Shown here piece after piece: positions 38,207 to 50,734 of a stretch of DNA of 64,000 nucleotides. The stretch is from Sminthopsis crassicaudata (taxonomy: Eukaryota). A program made the translations under genes and the position numbers. The stretch spans positions 441,283,261 to 441,347,260 of the forward strand of contig NC_133620.1 of the NCBI RefSeq assembly GCF_048593235.1, read 5' to 3'. Below the pieces are notes generated by a model. That model had not been told where the DNA came from. It saw only the letters and a program-made list of their open reading frames with translations, and made no database searches. How positions within the stretch are numbered: the stretch's first letter is position 1; each line of letters begins with the position of its first letter.

Positions 38207-39389
38207 ATTACAGTTGGTCATGATTACAGATTTAAAGTTGGCAGACTCCATCAAGATTATCTCATCCAAATCAAGGGAAACAGTCAGCTAGAGGGTTCAC
38301 TGAAGACTGGCAAATGCCAGCCTGAAACTGGATACCACAAACTGTTTAGGTGTAGAGGACATGATAGTCTATGAAAATTACTAACATAAAATTTTTCTAA
38401 CATCACTGATATAAGCATGTTTAGACTTGCTAAAAAAGGCTTCCCAAGTAAATTCCTTGAACCCAGATAATCACATTGATGTTTTGACTATTTCTGTGTT
38501 CAGAAGTTTCTGTGGCTAGGCTACTATCTAAAGACATTGTTTCTAACAACCACTGCATTTCTATATCAATTTTAGAATTTCTAACTATTACTTAAGCCAG
38601 ATTTATGGTATATAAGCATTCTTCCCCCTGATTCTAATTGTCAGTTAGTTACCCATGCTTTTGCCTGCCTGCTTTTGTAAAATCAAGTTTTGAATGAAAG
38701 AAAATCCCATGTGAGTGTTCTCATTCTAACTCCAAACCAAAACACTCTCCCATGGCATAGGTGTCCACAAATATTTACCAAGATTCTTTTAAAATCAGAA
38801 ACTATGTCTAAGTAACAAGAAAAGAGCATTTTATGGTGGAATAAAAGATCTGTGAGAGTTGTAATATAAATATCAAAAATCAGTAGCTCCAGATCAGAGT
38901 CCATGATCTGGATTATGGATTTCTCTGTCCTAAAATTTTGGACAAGTCACTAATCTTCACCTGATCCCCAAAAGGGCTAGATGTCACTAAAGTCCCTTCT
39001 GGTTAGAAATTCCATGATTTATAAGATCGATAGTGTTCCCTTTCCTTGAGTGATGTGCAGTATAATCCTCTTCCCCTTATCAATAAAAACTTTATCTCTT
39101 GTGAGATTTGTCAGGGAATAGATAAAACAATAGGGTTTCTGGAAACATAAAAAAAGTCTACTTTTCCTTACTATAAATCAGGCTTTCAGCTGTATGATTT
39201 CTACTCAGTGAAATGGAAAGCTAACTGTTGTAAAATGGAAAGAAGACTGAATCTGGAATTAGAAGACCTGGGTTCAAATTTCCCTCTGCTGTTTATTTTC
39301 TGTGTGACTTTAGGCCAATTCCCTGGAGCTTAGTCTCCTTACCTGTAAAATGGAGTAGGTGGCTTCTAGTATTCAGTTCTAGGTGTCGA

Positions 39390-39622
39390 ATTTTTAAGAC
39401 ATGAATTGATATTTTTCCAGAGGAAGACAACCAGCCTGGTGATTCATACCTTAGGAATATTGGATAATTAGCCTCAAGAAGAAAAGAATGGGATGGATTG
39501 GAAAAATATAATAAAATCTTTAAGTAATTGAAGGACTATTGAAAAGAAGGAATAGGGTTGCTTGTGACTCCTTCAGAGGAAAAAACCAGGAGCATTGGGG
39601 TAAATAGAAGTTGCAAAGAAGG
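39390..39622 (+). mobile_element. CR1/L3 3' ORF2 remnant
   Basis: ttccagaggaagacaaccag...ttagcctcaagaagaaaaga...tctttaagtaattgaagg resembles QRRAT..FSLEKRRLRGD..FKYLKG. Confidence 0.55.
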
Positions 39623-39993
39623 TGTAGTGTTCTAGGTTAGTTTTCTGGAGCAACCTTTGTTTTAGTAATCACAAGAATAGCCAGGTTTTAAAGGAAAAAT
39701 TCGTTATTGTCTCCATGCCTGAGGCCCGGTTACTGACTTGAAGCCCTTCAGACTGGCCTTAGTCTCAGTGGGGGGAGCAGGAGGACAGGCCAGCCACCAT
39801 GAGGCTGAATGAAGATGGAATGAATGTTTCTCCTTGGCTCTGGGAGCTGTGGCTCCTGCCTCCAGTCCTCTGTCTTCTTTGGCTCTGACCCTGGCTGAGT
39901 TGTCTCAGTTTATACATTCTATTCTAATTACATTATCATAGGTGTGAATCTTGTGGAACTATATTAAGTACTAAGTATATGTGTTGAACTACA
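39623..39993 (-). mobile_element. Solo LTR
   Basis: TGTAG...CTACA termini; similar to the LTR at 58280-58812; no TSD. Confidence 0.65.
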
Positions 39994-40004
39994 GAACTAT
40001 TGAA

Positions 40005-40666
40005 TGTAAGGGGAAACTGAGGACTTCCCAAGAATAGTCATTTGATAATTCTGAAGGGAATCCCAAAACCTAAACCTCATCAATTCCAGACCCAGTTTCA
40101 AGGGTCTGTTAATCATTAAGGCTCTGGGAAGGAGAACAAAAGACCTCTTCCTCTAGTAGAAATATCTGGTCTTCTGGACCTTTACTTAACTTCTTAGAAG
40201 CAGTTAACTAATTAATGAACTGGAGACATTCTAAGGGATCTGTAAACTGATATCTATTTTAGGTAAATCAAATCTCCTTGGTTACCCTAGTTTAATGGAT
40301 TACTTACCTCTAAACAAATCTTTCTGAGGGGATTATATGGTTTCTTATAAAATCATTAAGTAAGGTAGATTGATATTTAGTTTATCTGGAGAAATGAAAT
40401 AGGGTAAATAGTTGTAAGCAGTTGCAAAACTGACTTAATAAAGTCATAAAATTCAGATCAAAATTTAACAAGTTTTTATTATTTCCAAGCATTATTCTTG
40501 TGGTCAGGACTATATCACTCATTTTAATCTCTGTGGAAATTAACCTCTCTAGACTGGTTTGGAGTCCAGTCTGGAGAAGTTTGCTTCTTGCAAGATTCTA
40601 AGAATAAATACTTCTATTCTTCATGAGATAACCCGAGTATTTGTAAATTGGATTTGCTGTACCACA
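40005..40666 (+). mobile_element. Probable solo LTR
   Basis: TGTAAG start, AATAAA ~40604, ends CCACA; no TSD. Confidence 0.45.
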
Positions 40667-40669
40667 CAC

Positions 40670-42030
40670 TTTTAAAATAAAATATTCCCAACAATTGGAA
40701 CTCTGCACGAGATGATCTCATCCCCAGTGTTATTTGATATACTTCCAAAAATGTTAGCTAGAGCAACAAATTGGGAAAATGAACTTAAGGCGTGAGTGTC
40801 TCCCTGTTTACAGATCAAATGATGGTTAACTTGAAAAAATCCAGAGAATCAGTAAAAAAAATTAAATGATCAATATATTCATGAAAGTTACAAGATTTAA
40901 GAAATACAGAAAACAGCATTTCTATACATGAAAATAAAGGTTGCTGAAAAGAGAAGTTCCACTCAAAATAATCTATTAAATAGAGGCTTATATAAAGACA
41001 TTATTAAAATATGTTTTGTTTCAACAGTTATAAAGGAAAACTGAAAATTGGAAAAGAATTGTTCTTCACACTTTATTTATGCTAATATAGTGAAAATGAC
41101 TGTGCTACCTAAATTAATTTTCAGATTTTATATAATATCAATAAAAATTCCAATGAAGGACACTTGAAAAAACTAGATAAAATTATGGAATATATTTAGG
41201 ATAAAAAATGTCTAGATTTGGGGCAGCTAGGTGGTGCAGTGGATAAAGCACCAGCCTTGAAGTCAGGAGGACCTGAGTTCAAATCTGATCTCAGACACTT
41301 AGCACTGCCTAACTGTGTGACCCTGGGCAAATCACTTAACCCCGATTGCCTCAGCAAAAAAAAAAAAAAAGAAGAAGAAGTCTAGATTCATGACAGGAAA
41401 TATTAGTTTAAAAAAAAAAATAATGAACCTATAAGTAGCTTTCAAACTGTTTCAAAGCACTATTTGGTTTTACTTAAAAATATTGAAAAGTAAATCAGAA
41501 GAAAAGATGACATAAGCAAAGACCAAAAGTAATCCAGCATATCATTCTTGGGGGGAGAATGAGGGCACAATTGTTGACCAGCAACAGGGGGAAAAAAAAA
41601 AAAAAAACAGGAGGAAGGTCTCCATTTTAGATAGAAACTGAAAGGAAACTTTTCAGCAGAAATTCAAAAAGGGGCAGCAATTCTATCAGATATCAGAATA
41701 CAGCCCATGTGGATACTTCACCTCTATTTGAAAGGTCACTACATTTAAAAAAAAAAAATAGAAGAGAAAGTATGGAGGTACTTTGCATTATCCTGGGTAG
41801 GAATGGGAAAGTCCTTCACAAATGAAGGTAAAAGATTATAAAAGACAAAATATAACACACAAAAAGACAATCTGAATTATATAAAATAAAAACAAAATCA
41901 AAGCAACTAGGACAAAGAGAGAAAGAATAAAGTGGTGAAAAAAAAATCTGTCCCCATAAGAGTCTGATATGTCTGATAACTAGGATACATGAGGAATTGA
42001 TACAAATCTATAAGACTAGGGGAATATTCA
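40670..42030 (+). mobile_element. Old LINE-1 ORF2 remnant
   Basis: ccagtgttatttgatatacttcc..ctagagcaacaa; tcttcacactttatttatgctaatatagtgaaaatgactgtgctacctaaattaa (KM.ILPKLIY). Confidence 0.65.
41219..41379 (+). mobile_element. WSINE1-type tRNA-derived CORE-SINE with TSD
   Basis: GGGGCAGCTAGGTGGTGCAGTGGATAAAGCACC...GAGTTCAAATC...A-tail; TSD GTCTAGATT at 41210-41218 and 41380-41388. Confidence 0.92.
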
Positions 42031-44116
42031 AATCAAAAGGCCGATTTGAACTCTGGTCTTGCTGGCAGTGCTGGTCCAGGAGTTGTCCACTCTGTCACCA
42101 ACTGCCCAAGAAAGTTGCCTGAGGGAATATTGACTATAGAAGAGCCTTTTTGGAAAGGGAACTCTCTCTCCACCTCTCCAAGTGTAAAGGAGACATAATC
42201 AGATCCATTTGTCATCACAGTGAGAGCAAGGTGTGTGTCTCTTCCAGTGGGCCTCTGCCTTGGCCCAGGATTTGTGCAGTCTGCCTTGGGCAAATACTGG
42301 GCCCTCTAGAGGGTTGACCAGCCTGGACTTCCAGGGAAATGTGTCCATGAGGGTCTGCCCTAGATCCTCCTGCAGCTTCGACTCGGTCCTCCTCTTCACC
42401 TCAGCTGCTGGTTGTCCAGAGGGCTGGTGGGAATGAGGCTGGTGCCTCTTTCCAGGGCACCACGTCCATGGACACCGTGGGTAGGCCTTGTGTTCTGTGT
42501 TTTAGTGCTGGGGACTATGGATCCCACATCACTCAACAGAGCCGAATCTTTCACCCTCAATGTGGTCACAGGATGGGAGGGTTAAAGGGTAGAGTTAAGA
42601 GCTGTGAGGAGACCTCAGAGGCCATTAAGGGCTGAGTCCTTCATTTAAGGAGGGAGGGAAGAGAGGTCAAGAGAAGTGACCTCGGTCCAGTAAGCGGCTA
42701 CAGTGGGACTGCTGCCCAAATCCTCCTGGCTCCCAGCCCAGAATTGAAACCGCGCCCCCCCCCCCCATTCCTCTTGGGATGTTGGCACCTGGTCAGGGAG
42801 AGACAAAGGCTTCTTTAGTGGAGCAGAGAGGATTCAGGACCAGGGGGATCTGATATCTTGCTAAGGTTTTAGCCAGAGAGCAAAGGGAGGGGGATTCTTC
42901 CTGGGGTGTGAGGGGGTTGGAGGGGCAGACCCCCCGCCCCTCCCCCACCCCACAGTGGACCCTGACCTCTCTGCAGGTAGCCAATATACTCAAATCCCTT
43001 TCTGTCTGACTGAGCACAAGCAGTCACAGGCACAGTCTGTGAGGGGATTGTGTTTCACAAACACAAGCAGATTTAAAAAAGATCTAAAGGGATGGAGTCT
43101 GTCCTGGTCCAGAAAAGGCAGGTTAGCATAAGACCAGGGAAGTCTGCAGATTGTTTGTTGAAAAACAAACGTAGGTTTGGAGGTGCCGTGGGTTACTCTC
43201 GTCCCTGCCTGGCTCCTGACACTCTAACCTGTGGCTAGTGGCTCTGCAAAGGAGGTTTGTTGACAATACTTGTAACAAAGAAAGCCTGGAGATTCTTGTG
43301 GCAACAGTTGCCAGTTTGTTGATCCGGGAGTTCAGCAGTTACTGTCTTTACAACCCCTCCCAGATCTCTTCGGAATCGGAGGAAGAAGCCGGGAGATGAA
43401 GTGCAGCCGACCCCGTCTGGCCTTTCTAACCTCTGCCTGTGTGGGGGTCAGCAGTCTGGCGGCTGAATCTGGGGGGTGGGAGAGGGAAGGGAGGCGAAGT
43501 TGGAGTGCTCGGTGGGGGGAGGGGAGAGGAAGGAAGGGGAGAGATCCTAGGAGATAGTTCGGTCGGTTTGCCTAATTATTTCTCAGATCTATTTTTAGGA
43601 GTAAAAGATCAGCGAAGGAGCTCCCTCACAAAGTAGTGTGGAGAAGCAGGATGGGGAGGATGGAGATTAACCCCAGTGTGCAGGATACAGGGTGCGGGTG
43701 AGAGACCAAGCAGGTAGAGCTGCTGCACATAATTATGAGGGGAGAAAGGAGGTCTCTGGGGATAAGGCTCTAATTTTGACTTTCCCCATGAGTCCCTAAG
43801 TCTCTCTCAGCACTTTAGGGGAAACGGGAGGCCCGGAGGTGAGAGGGGACGGGTTGACTTGGGGGGAGAAACACTTCCTCCCATCAAGTTTTAGCGGTGA
43901 CCATCCCAGCAGGCAGTTGCCCAGGTACCCTTAATCTCTGCTGTCCCTCTCCTCCCCTGTCTCTGGAGGAGTGCACTCATCCATTCTTGTCCAAGCCAAA
44001 CCTGGAGTTGTCCAGTGAATGCTAAGCTCTAATTACGGTGAGGCATATTTCTCTCCCCTCCCCCCACCCACGGCCACCCCAGCTTTTGAATTTTTAATGA
44101 AAGACTTCGACAGGGC

Positions 44117-44146
44117 TGGTGGTGGTGGTGGTGGTGGTGGTGGTGG
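44117..44146. repeat. (TGG)n microsatellite
   Basis: About ten tgg units. Confidence 0.95.
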
Positions 44147-45942
44147 GGTTTCCTCTGTTAAAAACAAACACTCCAGAAACACGAGATCTATTTGCTGTGG
44201 TGAGAGCAGGTAGGCTTTCCAGATGCTCCTTGGTGTCAGGAATAGAGACTCGAAGGTCATCTCTTGTGGTGCTTCCCATTCAGCCATGAATTAGGTTGGG
44301 GGACAAATTAGGTGTGCGCCATTTCCTTTGCTGTGAAGGTCTGAGAATAAAAGGATTATGTGGAACGTACTGTGTGGTCCTTGTGGACACTGGGACATTC
44401 ACCCACACTCTAAAGGGTTCTAGACTAAAGGGAGCGTTCAGAACTGCTTAAATTAAGCAAGTCGGAGTGGAACCCGTAGTATTCTCTCCGACTTCACAGC
44501 TCAGCCTTTCATTTATCCGAGAGTTTTCGAGTAATTTTTATTGGGCCTGGCAGTTGGAAATTAGAAGTTAAAACCGTCCGCGCAAGCTCTCCTGGACATC
44601 CCTGCTCCCTTCTCCTCCTTCCGGGGCGTGGCTGATGTGTCCGGTGCTCCTCCTAAACGCTGGATCCTCACAACCCGGATTTCTATATGAAAAAGGAGAG
44701 TTGCTAATTCACGTTTTTTAGTCCCTGTCAATGGTGTCTCTACTGTGTGACCCACCCTTGAAATTTCCTTGGAACTGGCGTCCCAATACTGGGGGGGTGG
44801 GGGAGGGGAAGGGAAGGGAGAGGGGAGAAGAAAGGGCGATTTCAAAGTACTCTTCGCGGTTTCAGGCCTCTGCTTAGGGACCCGGCCGTGGGCCCGAAGA
44901 AAATAGAAGTGGAGGGTTCCCCCTCCCCCCGCCCCCGGGCAGCCGAGTCCTCCACCGACGGCTGCGCGCCTTTGTCTCTCCAGCTCAAACCGCAGGCGCC
45001 CTGCCTGCCCTCCCCTTGCCCAAAGACCAGGTTACCAAGAGGAAAAAAGGCAGGAGGAAGAGTGACTGGGCCCCTTTAGGAGTCGCAGCTTTGGCGGGAG
45101 CAACTACAGAGACCCCAGTTCGGGGCGTTCCTTCCTTCCCCTGGCGTGCCCCGCCATAGTGCTGTCCGGACCGAGGCCCTGCAGAAGCCTCTCCTCCTCT
45201 CTCCCGCAAAACTTCACCCCTAGAGTCAATCTCGAACTCGCCCCTCAAGGGTGGGAGGACAATCGCAGGTCATCTAATTGAGACCTAAGTGGCCACTTTC
45301 CCACCGCATCTGTCGTTCTCCGGCTTGAGCAGAAATCCTCGGAGTTGAATTCTACTGTTCCTACTCAGCAGTTTCTAGATTAGTCGAGTTTGGGGACCAC
45401 GGCAGCCACTCCAATCCCCCCCCCCCCCCCCCGGAGCTCTAGAACGCAGCCCGCTCAGAAGGTGGAGGAACCTCGGGCTACTTTCAGGAAAACGATCGAG
45501 GGAGGGGGAGAGGAAGTGGGAGAGGGGCCTCAGCCTAGTCGAGTGATTAAAAAAAAAAAAACCCAACCCAAACTGTCCCTCAGCCACTGAAACGCGAACA
45601 CTGCTAGTCCAGAAACGGAGTCTGTAACTCGGTCCAGACTACCAAAAATTGACAAGGAACTGTTCCCCCCCCCACTCCCTGTCCCCCCCTCCCCCCCCCC
45701 GTAGGTTAGCAAAGCGTCGTCTCCTATGGGCTGGAATCCTTGGCGCGGAGGGTGGGGTGCAGGTTGAGTTTCTCTCCGGCAGCGGGCTTCTCCCTCTCGC
45801 GTTCTCCCCGCCTCCCGTCCCCCGGGTGGCCCCTCCCTCCTCCCTTCTCCATTTTCTGCTTTTTGCACGCTTCCCCAGCAGAGGCCGGAAGCGATCGGAG
45901 CCATTTTCCTTCCTTACGGGCGAGGAGGGCTGGGGCAGCGCA

Positions 45943-45974
45943 CCAATCACGGCGCAGCCCTTACCTATATATAA
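45943..45974 (+). promoter_or_regulatory. H1 promoter CCAAT and TATA
   Basis: CACCAATCACGGCGC (CCAAT 45943-45947); TATATATAA 45966-45974; G-rich box upstream. Confidence 0.9.
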
Positions 45975-46063
45975 GTGGGTCAGCGCGGAGCTCGCTTATT
46001 CGCGAGTCCGCGGCGTCCTCTAGTGACTTCTCGCTGTCGCTGCTGTACGGTCCCTTCGCTGCC

Positions 46064-46723
46064 ATGTCCGAGACGGCCCCCGCCGCTCCCGCTGCCCCGG
46101 CCCCCGCGGAGAAGGCTCCGGCCAAGAAGAAGGGCAAGCGGGCTTCGGCCGCCGGGGGAGCGCGGCGCAAGGCCGCGGGTCCGCCCGTGTCGGAGCTGAT
46201 CACGAAAGCCGTGAGCGCCTCCAAGGAGCGCAATGGCGTGTCCCTGGCAGCCCTGAAGAAGGCGCTGGCGGCGGCGGGCTACGACGTGGACAAGAACAAC
46301 AGCCGCATCAAGCTGGGGCTCAAGAGCCTGGTGAGCAAGGGGACCCTGGTGCAGACCAAGGGCACCGGCGCCTCGGGCTCTTTCAAGCTGAACAAGAAGG
46401 CCCCGACGGCCGACACGAAGACTAAGGCCAAGAAGCCGGCCTCGGCCAAGACCAAGAAGGCTGCCGGTGCCGCCAAGAAGCCCAAGAAGGCGACGGGTGC
46501 CGCAGGCGCCAAGAAGACGGTGAAGAAGAGCCCGAAGAAAGCCAAGAAGCCGGCGGCCGCCAAGAAGGCGACCAAGAGCCCGAAGAAGGCCAAGGCGGCC
46601 AAGCCCAAGAAGGTGGCCAAGAGCCCAGCTAAGCCCAAGGCGGCCAAGGCCAAGAAGGTGGCCAAGCCCAAGACGGCGAAGCCCAAAGCCGCCAAAAGCA
46701 AGAAGGCGACAGCCAAGAAGTAG
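46064..46723 (+). CDS. H1: Replication-dependent somatic linker histone H1, 219 aa
   Basis: GCCATG at 46064; [14 protein letters not shown], globular domain [12 protein letters not shown]...[11 protein letters not shown], Lys/Ala/Pro tail with SPKK motifs; subtype not assignable. Confidence 0.98.
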   Translation: MSETAPAAPAAPAPAEKAPAKKKGKRASAAGGARRKAAGPPVSELITKAVSASKERNGVSLAALKKALAAAGYDVDKNNSRIKLGLKSLVSKGTLVQTKGTGASGSFKLNKKAPTADTKTKAKKPASAKTKKAAGAAKKPKKATGAAGAKKTVKKSPKKAKKPAAAKKATKSPKKAKAAKPKKVAKSPAKPKAAKAKKVAKPKTAKPKAAKSKKATAKK

Positions 46724-46755
46724 AGAGGTAGCGCTCGAACCTTGACCCACCCAAA

Positions 46756-46797
46756 GGCTCTTTTCAGAGCCACCCACTCGCCTCAGGAAAAGAGCTG
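46756..46797 (+). promoter_or_regulatory. H1 3' stem-loop and HDE
   Basis: GGCTCTTTTCAGAGCC 46756-46771; AAAAGAGCTG 46788-46797. Confidence 0.97.
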
Positions 46798-47551
46798 AAC
46801 CTCTCGACCCCGCCAGTTTCTAGAGAAAATATTGCAATCCTATTAAAATAAAAAACCCACCTAAATGAGCAAATAAAAAAAAAAAAATTCGCAAATAAAA
46901 GTAAGATATCGTAAAAATTATTTAATAATAAGTAGCATATATCCATCCAACCCAATGTTCTTCGCTCCTCCTCGTTTTCCTTGTGCTGATGGCAGTGTTA
47001 AGAAAAAAAAATGTCCCGTCCCCCGTCTGTCTCCCTTGCCCAGTTGGCCAAAGTCTGTGCGTTGAACAAGGAGAGGGGTTTTGCTTTGCTCTTTCCCCCC
47101 TCTTTCTCCCCCAAATCGGAAGTTTACTAAAAAACGTTTAGTTGCCAGTGTGCATGCTCCACTCCTGACTTGTGTGCGTGCGCGCAAGTAAAACCAGCAG
47201 GGAGGGCAGGGAGGGCAAAAGGAATTGGACGCAGCGCCGCCCTCGGCGCATTCACTAGCTAACCATCTGTCTCCGCAGTACGCGGGCACTTGCGGGAGTC
47301 AGTCCTTCGTCATTGGGTCAAGACAGCAGCAGGGACCAAGAGGAAGCTGCCGTTTCGCGGCTACTTCCGCCGAAAAGACCCACCTGCCAAGTTGCCATGT
47401 CATTTGTACAAGAATCAAAACCCTGAAAATCCGCTGACCGTCCAAGGGAAGGCCCATGAATTCCATTTCTATATGCAGCGAAACCCAGAAATAAGTGCCA
47501 GTTGCAAGGTTAGGGGAGGGAGGGAAGGAAAAAAAAAAATGGGCGCGATTA

Positions 47552-47592
47552 CAGCTACTCTCGTGAGATCGTGGGTGGCTCTGAAAAGAGCC
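47552..47592 (-). promoter_or_regulatory. H3 3' stem-loop and HDE
   Basis: GGCTCTTTTCAGAGCC on - at 47577-47592; GAGAGTAGCTG at 47552-47562. Confidence 0.95.
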
Positions 47593-47630
47593 TTTGGGGG
47601 TGTAGACTTCCACGGGCGGAAAGCGGCACC

Positions 47631-48216
<586 letters not shown>

Positions 48217-49403
48217 ACCTCCCGGTTTGCCGTCTCTCCGCCGCCCCGCCCCTCAACCCTTCCCACGCCCCTCCCACCCCACTCTTCCTCCGCCCTTTCA
48301 CTTCGGCCCCACCCCCCACCCCAGCTTGACCCTCGCGGAAAAACCTGAGCCCGCTGAGTAGATCTCGTTTGTTCATCCCTTCTCCCACCACTGGCTTTTC
48401 TGGTAACCAGTCCGTCGAAAAAGTTGTGCAGTCCCTTCCCCGCAAACTCTGGGTCTCCTTGCCTTTCTCCCACCTCCCCCTTTCCTGTTCGCCCTCTCCC
48501 TCTGTTCGGCGGGAAAAGAACACCTCAGACGTTTGTTCGGGGCGCTGACGTGTGCCCGTGCCCGATGGATTCCCCCAACTTTCCACAGTTCGCTGGAATT
48601 TTTGCGCGGCCGGCCACCGACTTGACCCTCCCGCGCTTCTCCAGGGCACGCCCTTGGCTTTTCAGGGCACCCACCCAACGCCCGCTTAAAAAAACACCGG
48701 CCGGCACTCCCGAGACCACAGGGACCAGGAACTTCGGTTTTATTTCCACTTCTCCCTCCTGTTAAGTTACAACAGTAGTCCTAAAGGTGCGGGACGCTAC
48801 TTCCAGCAGCCAGAAACTCTGCCACCACCGCCACCACCGTCTCTTCCTCCCCTCACCAACCCGTTCCTCCCTCCCTCCCAGGGTTCCATTGCGTATGGGG
48901 CTCAGGACTGCGAACGAAAAGCCCGCCTAAGCGGCGGATTGGCCGGGAGTGAAGCTCCCGAGTTATCCGAGGGAAAGTTTGGGCTACGGGCACTTTAGCG
49001 AGTCACTTCCAACGCCCTGGGGGTCATCGCCCCGAGAACGGCAGTCGGCCGGCCACACTGGTCGACGTTCCTGTCAAGTGCAGTACATTGGGGCGCCGGA
49101 CAAAACTTGGTCGCCTTATGTGTCGGGACAAAGTGGCATTGAACGTTGTGACCAACAGCCTTGCGGACTGGGGGGAGGGGAATCAGCTAACTGGGTGAAG
49201 CGAGAGAGAAACGGGGGTCCTGACTCGACCTCGCTAAGGGAAGCGGGGACTTTCCTCCCGTACTCGGGTTGCTGAGTATTGACTGGGGCGACTCCGGTTC
49301 GTGCCGGAACTGAGGGACGGGAAAGGGGTACGTACGCGGCTCATCACGCCGCTTTCGGGCGCCGGCGGCCACCGGGATCGGGAACGAAGCCGAAGTTCGG
49401 AAA

Positions 49404-49446
49404 CAGCCCCTTTTCTCTGACAGGGTGGGTGGCTCTGAAAAGAGCC
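49404..49446 (-). promoter_or_regulatory. H2A 3' stem-loop and HDE
   Basis: GGCTCTTTTCAGAGCC on - at 49431-49446; GAAAAGGGGCTG at 49404-49415. Confidence 0.95.
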
Positions 49447-49491
49447 GTTGGTTTCGGGAGTGAGCCTTTCGGCCCCGGGAGCCGAGTCGGC

Positions 49492-49923
<432 letters not shown>

Positions 49924-49976
49924 TCAATCGCCAACTGGAAAACTACACTGGTGCTTCGGCCCGCCGCGCCGGGGCC

Positions 49977-50178
49977 TTTTATAGCTTGCGCCGGGACTGC
50001 GCGCCGCAGCCTTCTGATTGGTCGGCGCGATGTCTTTGTCCGAACGGCCACTAGGGAGGCTCGCCTCGGATTCCGTTATTTACATGGCCGGCCTCTCCGC
50101 CTATGACGACACTCCTGAGAAGCCGCCAATCGGAGCCTAGCTCTGCCCGAGCCTTCATTTGCATGTGAGCACTATAAG
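49977..50178. promoter_or_regulatory. Bidirectional H2A/H2B promoter
   Basis: H2A TATA 49977-49983, CCAAT 50017-50021 (-) and 50126-50130 (+), octamer ATTTGCAT 50157-50164, variant octamer ATTTACAT 50078-50085, H2B TATAAG 50173-50178. Confidence 0.93.
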
Positions 50179-50263
50179 TAGCGGGGGCCGGCTCGGCGGT
50201 CTTCGTTGTTCGTTTCTCGCAGTCGTTGCTTCTCTGCCTTTCGGCTCTTTTCCTCCTCTCGAT

Positions 50264-50644
50264 ATGCCCGAGCCGGCCAAGTCCGCCCCTGCCCCCAAGA
50301 AGGGCTCCAAGAAAGCCGTGACCAAGGCTCNNNNNNNNNNNNNNNNNNNNNNNNNNNNNNNNNNNNNNNNNNNNNNNNNNNNNNNNNNNNNNNNNNNNNN
50401 NNNNNNNNNNNNNNNNNNNNNNNNNNNNNNNNNNNNNNNNNNNNNNNNNNNNNNNNNNNNNNNNNNNNNNNNNNNNNNNNNNNNNNNNNNNNNNNNNNNN
50501 NNNNNNNNNNNNNNNNNNNNNNNNNNNNNNNNNNNNNNNNNNNNNNNNNNNNNNNNNNNNNNNNNNNNNNNNNNNNNNNNNNNNNNNNNNNNNNNNNNNN
50601 NNNNNNNNNNNNNNNNNNNNNNNNNNNNNNNNNNNNNNNNNNNN
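50264..50644 (+). CDS. H2B: Histone H2B; only the N-terminus is visible, the rest is in N gap 50331-50656 (end inferred from canonical length)
   Basis: MPEPAKSAPAPKKGSKKAVTKA; octamer promoter; stem-loop after the gap. Confidence 0.9.
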
Positions 50645-50692
50645 NNNNNNNNNNNNCCGGAGTCGCTCGCGCCGCCCCCGCCCCGAAACAAA

Positions 50693-50734
50693 GGCTCTTT
50701 TCAGAGCCACCCACCTTTTCTCGCGAAGGAGCTG
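50693..50734 (+). promoter_or_regulatory. H2B 3' stem-loop and HDE
   Basis: GGCTCTTTTCAGAGCC 50693-50708; GAAGGAGCTG 50725-50734. Confidence 0.95.

Noticed and set aside
42033-42480. Processed pseudogene or coding exon
   Set aside because: No recognisable protein in any frame; kept only as part of an unexplained-region finding.
44033-44287. ORF with a faint KRAB-like start (QEMTFESLF) and poly-Pro
   Set aside because: No KRAB core motif; the poly-Pro comes from the (TGG)n microsatellite.
45740-46063. 108-aa N-terminal extension of H1 in the ORF track
   Set aside because: Starts at TTG upstream of the TATA box; the true start is the ATG at 46064.
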